Positions 28,637 to 38,314 of a stretch of 64,000 nt of DNA are shown piece after piece. Each line of letters opens with the position of its first letter. Within the stretch, counting starts at the first letter, position 1. A program made the translations under genes and the position numbers. The stretch is from an uncultured Fidelibacterota bacterium (GTDB lineage Bacteria; Fidelibacterota; UBA8477; JABMPR01): positions 44,686 to 108,685 of the forward strand of contig CALBFA010000073.1 of the NCBI GenBank assembly GCA_937888365.1. The letters are read 5' to 3'. The notes beneath the pieces were generated by a model. It made no database searches. It was not told where the DNA came from and saw only the letters and a list, made by a program, of their open reading frames with translations.

Positions 28637-29014
28637 ATGAACGTGCCAGAAAATTTAAAATATACTGAAGACCATGAATGGGTAAAAGTTGACGGCGATG
28701 AACTCATTATTGGTATTACTGATTACGCTCAAGGAGAATTGGGCGATGTTGTTTTTGTCGAAACACCTTTTGAAGGAGATACCTTTGAAAAAGGCGAAAG
28801 TGCTGGAACTATCGAGGCTGTTAAAACGGTTGCAGATGTCTTGATGCCTATTTCAGGTACTGTAACCGCCATCAATGACGCCTTGGAGGATACACCTGAG
28901 CTGCTCAATAAAGACGCTTTTGGTGAAGGTTGGATCATGAAAATTAGACCTGAGTCGATGGAAAGTGTCAATCATTTACTCGATGCAGAAACCTATCAAC
29001 GATTGATTTCATAG
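28637..29014 (+). CDS. gcvH: Glycine cleavage system H protein
   Basis: YTEDHEW, GITDYAQ.ELGD, IEAVKTV lipoyl-Lys, GEGW. Confidence 0.96.
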   Translation: MNVPENLKYTEDHEWVKVDGDELIIGITDYAQGELGDVVFVETPFEGDTFEKGESAGTIEAVKTVADVLMPISGTVTAINDALEDTPELLNKDAFGEGWIMKIRPESMESVNHLLDAETYQRLIS

Positions 29015-29019
29015 CAATA

Positions 29020-30354
29020 ATGCACAATAATATTCCATCTAATCAAGACATTCAACGGGAAATGTTGCATGCAGCAGGTTATGCAAATTTTGACGAATTA
29101 GCGGACAAACTTATCCCAAAATCGTTTCGATTAAGGGAAAAACTAGACTTGAATGACGCCATGTCCGAATGGGAACATAAACGCGATATAGCAGAGAGGG
29201 ACAAGTTAAGTTCATCCAACAGCACACACATAAGTTTTTTAGGAGGCGGTTCTTACGACCATTTTGTTCCTCATGTTGTGGATGTCTTAATTTCACGTTC
29301 TGAATTCTATACGGCATACACACCTTATCAGGCGGAAGTTAGCCAAGGTACATTGCAAGCGATGTATGAATATCAATCCATGATTTGTGAATTGACAGGA
29401 ATGGATTTAGCGAATTCCTCCATGTATGACGGCGCATCAGCCTTGGCAGAAGCCTGTCTTTTGGCGGTGCGTCATACTCGCAAGAATAAAATTGCAATCT
29501 CTAAAAGCGTCAATCCTACCTATCGAGAAGTCGCTTATACCTATGCCCGCTATCTTGATGTAGAATTTGTAGAACTTGATTTAGAAGGCTTGCATACAGA
29601 TTTCAATGCTCTTTCTGATGTCTTAGATGAGAGTTTTGCGGCTGTTGTCATCCAAACCCCCAATTTTTACGGCGAACTCGAAGATGTTTCCAACGTTAAA
29701 TCAATTATAAAAGGTTCGACTCAACTCATTGCAGTCGTAAACCCTATGAGTTTATCTTTAGTTAAATCACCTGGCGAAATGGGTGCCGACATTGCCGTTG
29801 GCGAAGGTCAATCCTTAGGGAATCACATTAGTTTTGGTGGCCCCTACATTGGTTTCTTTGCCGTTAAAAAACCACTTATTCGCAAAATCCCAGGTCGTAT
29901 TGCAGGGGAAACCGTTGATGCCGATGGCAATCGTGCATTTGTTATGGTGCTTAGAACCCGCGAACAAGACATCCGTCGGGAAAAAGCCACATCAAATATT
30001 TGTACGAACCAAGGTCTCAATGCCTTGGCTGCTTGCGTTTACATGGCGTCGATGGGGAAAAATGGATTGAAACGCATTGCTGAATTAAATATTCAAAAAG
30101 CTCATTATCTGGCTGATGAAATCAATGCACTTAAGGGTTGGGATGTCAAATCTCAGCAATTTTTCAATGAATTTACGGTCGAATGCCCAATCCCGGCTGA
30201 CGATGTTGTGTCAAAATGCCTCGACGCTGGTTTCTTTGCTGGCATATCACTTCGTAAATTTGGACTCAATGAGAATCAATTACTCGTAGCCGTTACGGAA
30301 AAAAGAACGCGTCAGGATATGGATGCGTTTGTAGCCTTGTTAAAAACGATTTGA
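29020..30354 (+). CDS. gcvPA: Glycine dehydrogenase (decarboxylating) subunit 1
   Basis: TAYTPYQAEVSQG.LQ, SMYDGA, GGPY.G, TREQ.IRREKATSNICTNQ; split-P length. Confidence 0.95.
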   Translation: MHNNIPSNQDIQREMLHAAGYANFDELADKLIPKSFRLREKLDLNDAMSEWEHKRDIAERDKLSSSNSTHISFLGGGSYDHFVPHVVDVLISRSEFYTAYTPYQAEVSQGTLQAMYEYQSMICELTGMDLANSSMYDGASALAEACLLAVRHTRKNKIAISKSVNPTYREVAYTYARYLDVEFVELDLEGLHTDFNALSDVLDESFAAVVIQTPNFYGELEDVSNVKSIIKGSTQLIAVVNPMSLSLVKSPGEMGADIAVGEGQSLGNHISFGGPYIGFFAVKKPLIRKIPGRIAGETVDADGNRAFVMVLRTREQDIRREKATSNICTNQGLNALAACVYMASMGKNGLKRIAELNIQKAHYLADEINALKGWDVKSQQFFNEFTVECPIPADDVVSKCLDAGFFAGISLRKFGLNENQLLVAVTEKRTRQDMDAFVALLKTI

Positions 30355-31103
30355 TAAAAACTGAGATATATAACAAACTTCTGACTTCCCAAAAAAATAA
30401 TGGGACGTCTTTTTGCGTACTTATTGATCCCGATGAACATTCCGTTGAGAGCTTAGAGTCCTTCGTAAAAGCCATCAATAAGGCAAAAGTGGATGTAATT
30501 TTAGTGGGCGGAAGTTTGCATCTTGGCGATGCTTCAGCCCATAAATATCAAATTATTAAATCCGAATCGAATTGCCCGGTGCTCCTTTTCCCCGGATCCA
30601 TAGCCCAATTGACGCCTCATGTCGATGCAGTGCTATATATTTCCGTCGTAAGTGGACGGAATCCTCAATATCTCATTGGTGACCATGTTCATGCTGCGCC
30701 AATCATTCGTCAGCTGAATTTGGAAGCGATTCCAACGGCTTATATGCTAATTGATGGTGGGCGCGTAACATCCGTCGAATTTATGAGCGGGACGAAACCT
30801 ATCCCTCATGACAAAATTTCCATCGCTGTTGCCCACGCGATGGCGGCTGAATATTTAGGCTTTAAACTGATTTATTTAGAGGCGGGAAGTGGTGCAGTTA
30901 ATACGGTTTCGCCTGAAATGATTAAGGCCGTCAAATCAGCAGTTGAAATTCCTGTTATGGTGGGTGGTGGAATCAAAACACCTGAAATGGCAAAAATATT
31001 AGCAAACGCTGGCGCTGATTTTATTGTAACAGGTAATGTATTAGAAAAAGAAAATTCAGTCTCTTTATTAGAGGCATTTACTCAAGCTTTACACTCAAAC
31101 TAA
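30351..31103 (+). CDS. Geranylgeranylglyceryl phosphate synthase, group II (GGGPS/PcrB family)
   Basis: VLIDPD, VGGS, LFPG, SGRNP.YLIG, TAYMLIDGG, YLEAGSGA, VGGGI; TTG start overlaps the gcvPA stop. Confidence 0.9.
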   Translation: MIKTEIYNKLLTSQKNNGTSFCVLIDPDEHSVESLESFVKAINKAKVDVILVGGSLHLGDASAHKYQIIKSESNCPVLLFPGSIAQLTPHVDAVLYISVVSGRNPQYLIGDHVHAAPIIRQLNLEAIPTAYMLIDGGRVTSVEFMSGTKPIPHDKISIAVAHAMAAEYLGFKLIYLEAGSGAVNTVSPEMIKAVKSAVEIPVMVGGGIKTPEMAKILANAGADFIVTGNVLEKENSVSLLEAFTQALHSN

Positions 31104-31181
31104 ATCTAAAACTGGATAGTTTAGACGTTGCCAACAAGGCGATGCTTGTTGCATTGCGAATATTTAGTAAAATCTAAAATT

Positions 31182-32219
31182 CTATTTTTTCCATTTGTGG
31201 TCTGGGATTGATTTATAACGTCCCCAAAATTTAAAATGAGTCAGTGATGAAAATGAAATGATACGCGCTATCCATTTGTACGTCAGTATAACATGTTGAA
31301 ATTTATAGAGTAGCCATAATAATATGATAAAAATTATGTTTGAAAGGATGAAGCGTAAGTTCTCGTAATAAAGCGAATGTAAAAGCAAGCCATCCAATAA
31401 ATAGGTGACAAATATTGAGATAATCGTGATGACTACAAAAAATCCATGGCCGGTTTCGATGGCATTTTTTGGACAGGAATTCATGCACTTCATACAGCTT
31501 TCACACTGAAATGTCCAAAACGGGCGGTTTTGAATTGAAATGATGGCATGAACGGGACAATTTTTCTCGCAGATGCCACAATTATCGCAAGCATCTGTTG
31601 CATAAAACGATTTCGCAAAGGCGAATCGCCCAACCAAATAATAACTTAGAGACACGGGAGAAATGAGGACATCTTGAACAATATCTCGGTAAGCATGAAA
31701 ATCTGTTTGGCCAGAAAATACTTGACTCGCATGTTTTTGAACACGCTCATAATTTTTTCTATGTAAAAATTGAATTGATTTATCCCTAAGTGCTGGATGA
31801 ATGGAAATCCAATTGGAGGGCATGTCAAAGGGAATTTGCCCAATTATTCTATAACCTTTTCTCTTTAAGAAAAATGATGCTAGCATAAATGCAACACCTG
31901 TAAGTCCTGGCGTTGCAAAACGACCGATTCGCATCCCAGCTCGCGTATTGAGCAGAAGAATATTGTTTTCTCCTCGTGGAAAATGCTCTATAAATTTGAG
32001 TGTGATTTTAGGAAAATTGAAACCATGAATGGGGGAAATAATGGCGATCAAAGTTTCTGGACTTGACTCTTGAATTGCAGAAACCTCTGTCTTTGCAATA
32101 TTAAAAAGATGAGATACAATACCTCTATCTTGCGCTATTTGAGAAAACCACAATGCGACCTGTTTCGCGTTTCCTGTCCCTGAAAAGTAGTACAGTTTCA
32201 ATTCTTTTATAGGAGTCAT
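31182..32219 (-). CDS. EFR1-family flavodoxin/ferredoxin fusion with C-terminal TM helices
   Basis: YYFSGTGN flavodoxin loop, DMPSNW, CDNCGICEKNCP and CESCMKCMNSCP. Confidence 0.85.
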   Translation of the reverse strand: MTPIKELKLYYFSGTGNAKQVALWFSQIAQDRGIVSHLFNIAKTEVSAIQESSPETLIAIISPIHGFNFPKITLKFIEHFPRGENNILLLNTRAGMRIGRFATPGLTGVAFMLASFFLKRKGYRIIGQIPFDMPSNWISIHPALRDKSIQFLHRKNYERVQKHASQVFSGQTDFHAYRDIVQDVLISPVSLSYYLVGRFAFAKSFYATDACDNCGICEKNCPVHAIISIQNRPFWTFQCESCMKCMNSCPKNAIETGHGFFVVITIISIFVTYLLDGLLLHSLYYENLRFILSNIIFIILLWLLYKFQHVILTYKWIARIISFSSLTHFKFWGRYKSIPDHKWKK

Positions 32220-32360
32220 GTTAAAGGTAAAATAATTTTATTGAGGTCAATAGGTATCAAAATCTTTTATTGAGATATGCGAACGGGGCACGAACGATGC
32301 CAAGAAAACTTCTCAAATTCTTTCTATCTTGTTTTGTTGTATTAATTAGATTCAGGCTCA

Positions 32361-33059
32361 ATGCACTTTCTTGTTCAAAGAATGACAAACGCGTTCCTCG
32401 ACTTAATCTTTCCTGACTTTTGTCTTCTGTGTGATGGAAAACTTCCGTATGACGAAACAGACTTTTGTCTATCATGCGCCAGTATGCTTCCCCTGCGCCC
32501 CGATATAAATATGACGCTTTCAACGCCTGACGAAATTTTTCTCGACAATTCCTGGTCTTTTTTTGATTTTGACAAAAATATTCAATCCCTCATTCATCGA
32601 CTAAAATATTCGCAACGCGAGCGACTCGGTGTTCGTTTGAGTCAATTAGGCTTGGATTCGCTTAAAGACATCATAAAGAATAATCCTATCGACATGATTT
32701 TGCCTATACCCTTGCACTCACGAAAATTTCGCGAGCGTGGATATAATCAAGTCGATAAAATGGGAAAATTTCTAGCGCAGGAATTAGGTGCAAAATTTTC
32801 GCCTAAACTTGTTAAGCGACAAAAGGATACATCAACTCAAACAAAATTGAATCGAGAGGAACGGAAAAATAACATGAAAAGCGCTTTCCGCGTTCCAAAC
32901 GTTCGCCGCATAAAAGATGCCTCTATTTTACTCGTCGATGATGTTTTAACGACGGGTGCTACGGCAAATGCATGCGCTCGAATATTAAAAAATGAGGGCG
33001 CGAAAAAAGTTTCATTATTAACACTAGCAACGCCTCAACAAAAAACTATAATACAATAA
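32361..33059 (+). CDS. comF: ComF family protein (Zn ribbon plus PRTase)
   Basis: FP..CLLC...CLSC; PIPLH...ERGYNQ; LLVDDVLTTGAT. Confidence 0.9.
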   Translation: MHFLVQRMTNAFLDLIFPDFCLLCDGKLPYDETDFCLSCASMLPLRPDINMTLSTPDEIFLDNSWSFFDFDKNIQSLIHRLKYSQRERLGVRLSQLGLDSLKDIIKNNPIDMILPIPLHSRKFRERGYNQVDKMGKFLAQELGAKFSPKLVKRQKDTSTQTKLNREERKNNMKSAFRVPNVRRIKDASILLVDDVLTTGATANACARILKNEGAKKVSLLTLATPQQKTIIQ

Positions 33060-33128
33060 ATTTAGTAGTGACCATGAAATGAGTCACTCTTTTTGAAAAC
33101 CCATGAAGCGCTAGATAAGGAGAATCCT

Positions 33129-34313
33129 ATGAAAACATATTCAAAACCACCCGTACTTAATAAAGAGAGACGTTTCTCTGATAATATTGTCAACGCCCAT
33201 TCGCTGATTTTAAAAGCAAAGAATGGCGAAAAAGGAAATCAAAAAGGTACTCCTTATGCCGTGCCAGCTTTCAATGTTACGACGTTTCAAGGCATCAACG
33301 CAGCGATGGATGCTTTTGAAATATTGGGGTCTTCAGGATTGATGGCTTTCTCCAACAGCGCATTAAAACATTTTGGGTTTGGCGACCAAGTTACGGGTCT
33401 TGAAATAGCCTCAAATTACATTGAACAACGGGCTAAAAAGTCATCGACAAAGGTATCAACACACTTGGATCATGGCGATTATATTTCCGAAGGCGGCCGT
33501 AAAGTTGTTAAAGCAGCGGTTCAATATTTAACCTCTGTGATGGCTGATAACTCGACGAATCACGCTGAGAAAAAAGCGACGGATTTGAAAGACAATATTG
33601 GCTACACAAGAGAAGTCGTTGAGATGGCGCATCCGTTGGGCATTTCTGTAGAAGGTGAACTCGGTGTTTTAGCTGGCGAGGAAGACGAAGATACAAAATC
33701 AGAATTTTCTACTTATACAAGTCCCGAAGAATTTTCACAATTCATCGAAGGCACAGGTGTTTTGATGATTGCCCCAACTATCGGTACCATGCATGGACCC
33801 AATAAAGGCAAACCAGGACAAGTTGTTAAATTGAATGTTGAATTGGCACATGAGCTATTAGGTATTGCAAATGCCTTTAATCCAGACACAATATTTGTAG
33901 CACATGGCGCTTCCACCTTATATCCCAACGTATCGGATTATGCTATTAAAAGCCTTGAAAAATTAGGCGCTGGCATGGACGAAAAATTTGGTCAAACATG
34001 GAAAAATTTCGTAGGCACGGATTGGAATCAAATTCAAGGATTAATTGGGGCTGGTTTTGCGAAAATCAATACGGACACCGAAAATCGTCAAACATTTTTA
34101 GCCGCATTATTAGGTGCAGTCGCTGAAAATTCTGCAAAAATTGACATTCGCTGGTACGATACAAAAACCACGGAAGCCTTGACGCAGAGCTATTTACAAA
34201 AATTAATAATGGCGGGGAATTACGGCGTATGGCACGAACCAAAAATTAATATTAATAAATTCAAATTTGACTTAAGCCTTGGATTAAAAGACGCAATGGC
34301 GAGCGCTACATAA
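33129..34313 (+). CDS. fba: Class II fructose-bisphosphate aldolase (divergent)
   Basis: YAVPAFN, HLDHG, SVEGELG, GTMHG, AHGAS, KINTDT; AAGGAG RBS before the ATG at 33129. Confidence 0.82.
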   Translation: MKTYSKPPVLNKERRFSDNIVNAHSLILKAKNGEKGNQKGTPYAVPAFNVTTFQGINAAMDAFEILGSSGLMAFSNSALKHFGFGDQVTGLEIASNYIEQRAKKSSTKVSTHLDHGDYISEGGRKVVKAAVQYLTSVMADNSTNHAEKKATDLKDNIGYTREVVEMAHPLGISVEGELGVLAGEEDEDTKSEFSTYTSPEEFSQFIEGTGVLMIAPTIGTMHGPNKGKPGQVVKLNVELAHELLGIANAFNPDTIFVAHGASTLYPNVSDYAIKSLEKLGAGMDEKFGQTWKNFVGTDWNQIQGLIGAGFAKINTDTENRQTFLAALLGAVAENSAKIDIRWYDTKTTEALTQSYLQKLIMAGNYGVWHEPKININKFKFDLSLGLKDAMASAT

Positions 34314-34323
34314 GGAGTCACTT

Positions 34324-35523
34324 GTGCAACCACGTCTTCTAAAAGACATCAATGTCGCTGGCAAAAAAGTATTGGTGAGGGTTGATTATAATGTGCCTCT
34401 TGATGCTCAGCAGAATATCACGGATGACTTTCGCATTGAGGCATCACTTGAGACGATTCAGTACCTGTTACAACAGGATGCGATAGTCATTTTGATGTCG
34501 CATTTGGGGCGCCCGAAAGGAAATAGAGTTGCGGAAATGAGTCTCGCACCCGCTGCAAAACGTCTCTCTGAAATGCTAAAACAAAAGGTCATTTTTGTTG
34601 ACGATTGTGTTGGCGAAATCGCTGAAAAAGCGGTGGCGATGTTAGCTAAGGGATCCGTTGCGTTGTTGGAGAATCTTCGTTTTCATAAAGAAGAAACGTC
34701 CAATGATGATACATTTTCCAAGCAACTGGCGGCATTAGCTGATGTTTATATTAATGATGCCTTTGGAACAGCGCATCGAGCGCATGCTTCGAATGTGGGT
34801 ATTACGGCTCATTTTTCAGAAAAAGGCATTGGCTTTTTATTACAAAAAGAGATCGAATTTTTAGTCAAAACCATTGAAACTCCCGAGCGCCCTTTTACGG
34901 TTATTATGGGAGGTGCGAAAATTAGCGGAAAAATTGATTTAATTGAAAAACTATCTGAAAGTGCCGACTCGATTTTAATTGGTGGCGGTATGGCCTATAC
35001 TTTTTTATCGGCTCCTCCCTATAATTATAATGTGGGAAATTCTTTGGTTGAAGAAGATCGAAAAGAGACAGCGACTCTTGTTGTTGAAAAATTTGCCAAA
35101 GAAGGAAAACGTTTGGCCTTACCATCAGACAGTATTGTTGCAAAAGAAATATCGCCTGAAGCAGAGACCCGTATTTTTCCTATTGAAGCTATGAAAATGG
35201 GCTGGATGGGATTAGACATTGGTCCTAAGACACAGAAAGAATTCAAATCGATTTTAGAGACATCCAAAACGGTGCTTTGGAATGGTCCAATGGGTGTTTT
35301 TGAAGTCGCACCTTTTGCAAATGGAACGAAATTTATTGCAGAATATTTAGTTGAGTTAACGGAAAAAGGTGTCACGACTATCATTGGTGGAGGAGATTCT
35401 GCCGCAGCGCTAAAGGCTTTCGGGCTAGAAGGTCGCGTAAGCCATACATCCACTGGCGGAGGAGCATCACTTGAACTTTTAAGCGGTGCTAAACTTCCTG
35501 CATTTGAAGCATTGAAAGGATAA
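34324..35523 (+). CDS. pgk: Phosphoglycerate kinase
   Basis: RVDYNVP, SHLGRP, LLENLRF, NDAFGTAHRAHAS, WNGPMGVFE, STGGGASLE. Confidence 0.98.
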   Translation: MQPRLLKDINVAGKKVLVRVDYNVPLDAQQNITDDFRIEASLETIQYLLQQDAIVILMSHLGRPKGNRVAEMSLAPAAKRLSEMLKQKVIFVDDCVGEIAEKAVAMLAKGSVALLENLRFHKEETSNDDTFSKQLAALADVYINDAFGTAHRAHASNVGITAHFSEKGIGFLLQKEIEFLVKTIETPERPFTVIMGGAKISGKIDLIEKLSESADSILIGGGMAYTFLSAPPYNYNVGNSLVEEDRKETATLVVEKFAKEGKRLALPSDSIVAKEISPEAETRIFPIEAMKMGWMGLDIGPKTQKEFKSILETSKTVLWNGPMGVFEVAPFANGTKFIAEYLVELTEKGVTTIIGGGDSAAALKAFGLEGRVSHTSTGGGASLELLSGAKLPAFEALKG

Positions 35524-35526
35524 AAA

Positions 35527-36294
35527 ATGAAAAGAAATAAAGTTGTAGCTGGGAACTGGAAAATGCATTTGACGGCAAATGAAGCCCAACAATTTGCGAA
35601 CAAGTTAAGGATTAACTTATTGGATACCCACGGTGTCTCGATTATAATATGCCCGCCTTTTTTGGGCTTGAAGTCGGTTTTTGACACAGTAAAGGATTCA
35701 TCTATCAAAGTGGGAGCTCAGAATATGCATAATGAGACCCAAGGTGCGTTCACTGGAGAGATTTCTGGTGAAATGATAAAAGATATTGGAATTCAATACG
35801 TGTTACTTGGTCATTCAGAGCGACGACATGTTTTTGGTGAAACAGATGATTTCATCAATAAAAAAATGGCCAGTTCTTTGAGAGTGGGATTAGACCCAGT
35901 TTTGTGTGTGGGAGAGCGTTTGGAAGAACGCGAAGCAGGCAAAACATCCGAAGTTGTGATTCGTCAACTTCGTGCTGGACTAAAAGAAATTTCTGAAGCA
36001 CAGATGGCACATGTCATGATTGCTTATGAGCCTGTTTGGGCGATTGGTACGGGCTTAACAGCCTCTCGCGAGCAAGCAGTGGAAGTTCATGAGATTATTC
36101 GTGATGAGCTCGCGAGCCTTTATTCTGGAGTGATAGCAGAGAAAACGGCTATCCTTTATGGAGGCAGTGTGAAAGCTGAAAATGCAAAGGATTTGATGTC
36201 TCACGAGGAAATAGATGGAGTTTTAGTTGGTGGTGCAGCCTTGAAAGTTGATTCTTTTGTAGGGATTGCAAAAGCTGCCATGGAAATTAATTAG
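35527..36294 (+). CDS. tpiA: Triosephosphate isomerase
   Basis: AGNWKM, GHSERR, AYEPVWAIGTG, LYGGSV, LVGGA. Confidence 0.98.
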   Translation: MKRNKVVAGNWKMHLTANEAQQFANKLRINLLDTHGVSIIICPPFLGLKSVFDTVKDSSIKVGAQNMHNETQGAFTGEISGEMIKDIGIQYVLLGHSERRHVFGETDDFINKKMASSLRVGLDPVLCVGERLEEREAGKTSEVVIRQLRAGLKEISEAQMAHVMIAYEPVWAIGTGLTASREQAVEVHEIIRDELASLYSGVIAEKTAILYGGSVKAENAKDLMSHEEIDGVLVGGAALKVDSFVGIAKAAMEIN

Positions 36295-36302
36295 AGGATT
36301 TT

Positions 36303-36659
36303 ATGATTTATCTTTACATTATTTTAGCAATTATTTCAATTTTATTAATTGGTACCATTTTATTGCAAAATGGTAAAGGTGGTGGCTTGACCGGCGCAAT
36401 TTCGGGACAAGGTGCGACATCTCAAATGTTCGGCGGTGCGGGTGCAGGCGATTTTTTAACAAAATTGACCACGGGTTTAGCAATTGGATTTATGGTATTA
36501 ATTATACTCATCGGTATCATGAATAAGGGTGGTACGGCATCGAGCACTGACAATTTTCAGAAAGAGATCCAAGAAGAAATTATACCTGGGACACAATTTG
36601 AAGCCAGTACTCCTGAAGTAGCTGCGCCTGCGACAGATAATACCGAAAAAACAAACTAA
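36303..36659 (+). CDS. secG: Preprotein translocase subunit SecG
   Basis: ILLQ.GKGGGL...FG...FL.K.T; follows tpiA. Confidence 0.9.
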   Translation: MIYLYIILAIISILLIGTILLQNGKGGGLTGAISGQGATSQMFGGAGAGDFLTKLTTGLAIGFMVLIILIGIMNKGGTASSTDNFQKEIQEEIIPGTQFEASTPEVAAPATDNTEKTN

Positions 36660-36692
36660 GCTTTTTTATACGTGGATTTTAAATATCCACAT

Positions 36693-36776
36693 GCCGAGGT
36701 GGTGGAATTGGTAGACACGCTATCTTGAGGGGGTAGTGAGCGGATGCTTGTGCGGGTTCGACTCCCGCTCTCGGTA
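36693..36776 (+). tRNA. tRNA-Leu (anticodon GAG), CCA not encoded
   Basis: GCCGAGG/TCTCGGT acceptor stem, TGGTAGAC D-loop, CTATC-TTGAGGG-GGTAG anticodon arm, long variable arm, GCGGG-TTCGACT-CCCGC T-arm; usual position after secG. Confidence 0.95.
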
Positions 36777-36784
36777 CATAAATT

Positions 36785-36817
36785 GAGGTTATATCGTTTC
36801 GGTCTAACCTCTTTTAT
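36785..36817 (+). terminator. Terminator after tRNA-Leu
   Basis: GAGGTTA...TAACCTC followed by TTTTAT. Confidence 0.6.
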
Positions 36818-36960
36818 TTAAACCATTTTAGGGGTGACAAATGGAGGACTCTCGTCTATATTGGCCGCGCCATATAAGGGCGAACGGCTCTTATACAATT
36901 ATTGACAATTGAAATTAAAAGATTGCATAACGATTAAATAATCGCCAAAGGATTAACATC

Positions 36961-38211
36961 ATGAAATTATTACAGACCTTTTTAATTATAACCTTTAGTT
37001 TGAGTGCCGTATGGGCGCAAGGGAATACGGATAAAATATTAGAACAAGCGCGAAATGCTATTGCCGACAATAAATATTCTGAAGCAAATGGTTTTTATCA
37101 AGATGGCATGAAAGCTGTTGCAGATGCAAATGGTGACGAAGAAGAGTATAACAAAATTAAAGCGGAGTGGGAGAAGCTGGAAGCCATAAACGTTTTAATG
37201 GCGGATGGTACTCGGGAATATGGTAGAGCAAATCATGATGAAGCTATTGCAAAATTCAATGCCGCTTACGAAAAAATGGCTTCCTATCAAAACACAATCT
37301 GGGCTTATGGACAAGCAGAAGCAAAATATAGCGCAGGCATGGTTTATAGATCAAAAAACAATACGCTTCGTGCAGCCAACTATTTCGTTGAAGCGCGTAC
37401 TCTATATCCCAAAGAACGGAAATATGAACAAGCCTTAGCCAATATTCGCAACAATCATTATAACGAAGGCAATAAACTCTTTCGTATTAAAGACTATGAG
37501 GGAGCGAAAAGAGAATATTTGCAGTCAGTAAAAGTTGACCCTGAGTTCTCGAATTCCTTTAACCAGCTTGCCATGATTGCAAAACGAGATGGTGACGATG
37601 CTGCCGCAGAATCCTATTATAAAAGTGCTGTCAATTTTTCCCCCGATTTTTATAAAGCATGGTATGGTTTAGGTCTTCTATATCATGATAAAGGTGATAA
37701 TAGAAATGCTATAAAAGCGTTAAAAGAATGTGTTAGAGTACAACCCGATTACTATAAGGCGCATTATATACTTGGTAAAGTGTATGAATCAGAAAAAAAT
37801 TATGATCAAGCTAAAAAATATCTTATAGAAGCTTTGAAATATGAAAAACAATACGCGAGGGCAAACTCATTACTCGCTCAAATTTATAATGATGAAAAAG
37901 ATTATAATGCGACTATAGAATTACTTTCTTCTGCAAAAGGAGAAGGTGTTGATTACAAAACATATTACTATTTAGCGCAAGCATACAATGCGACTCAAGC
38001 CTATGACAAAGCATTGACAGCGGTCAATACTTCACTTGCTCAAAAGAAAAATTGGGCTCCATCTTTAATGGAAAAAGGTGATGCTTTGGTAGGACTTGAA
38101 CGCCCAAAAGAAGCCATTACTGTTTTTAAACTTGCAGGGTCAAAAGATGCCAGATATAAAGCTACGGCCGATTATCGAATCAATGAATTGACTAAGTGGG
38201 CCAATAAATAG
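36961..38211 (+). CDS. Exported tetratricopeptide repeat protein
   Basis: Signal peptide; multiple TPR units (AWYGLG..Y...A...L..P.Y..AHY.LG). Confidence 0.88.
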   Translation: MKLLQTFLIITFSLSAVWAQGNTDKILEQARNAIADNKYSEANGFYQDGMKAVADANGDEEEYNKIKAEWEKLEAINVLMADGTREYGRANHDEAIAKFNAAYEKMASYQNTIWAYGQAEAKYSAGMVYRSKNNTLRAANYFVEARTLYPKERKYEQALANIRNNHYNEGNKLFRIKDYEGAKREYLQSVKVDPEFSNSFNQLAMIAKRDGDDAAAESYYKSAVNFSPDFYKAWYGLGLLYHDKGDNRNAIKALKECVRVQPDYYKAHYILGKVYESEKNYDQAKKYLIEALKYEKQYARANSLLAQIYNDEKDYNATIELLSSAKGEGVDYKTYYYLAQAYNATQAYDKALTAVNTSLAQKKNWAPSLMEKGDALVGLERPKEAITVFKLAGSKDARYKATADYRINELTKWANK

Positions 38212-38236
38212 TTTTAATTTTCATATTAATGGTTTT

Positions 38237-38265
38237 AAAACCACCTCGAACGAGGTGGTTTTTTT
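38237..38265 (+). terminator. Rho-independent terminator
   Basis: AAAACCACCTCG-AA-CGAGGTGGTTTT plus T run. Confidence 0.8.
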
Positions 38266-38314
38266 ATTTAAAACTAGATTTTATTAAGGCAATTCTATAC
38301 TAAATTCACCCATT

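Noticed and set aside
35025-35708. 227-aa minus-strand ORF and other antisense ORFs (e.g. 11813-12280, 7016-7414, 52351-52704)
   Set aside because: Shadows of well-conserved genes on the opposite strand, with no recognisable motifs.
36693-36776. tRNA-Leu as an island integration site
   Set aside because: No duplicate of the tRNA 3' end was seen and the downstream genes are housekeeping.
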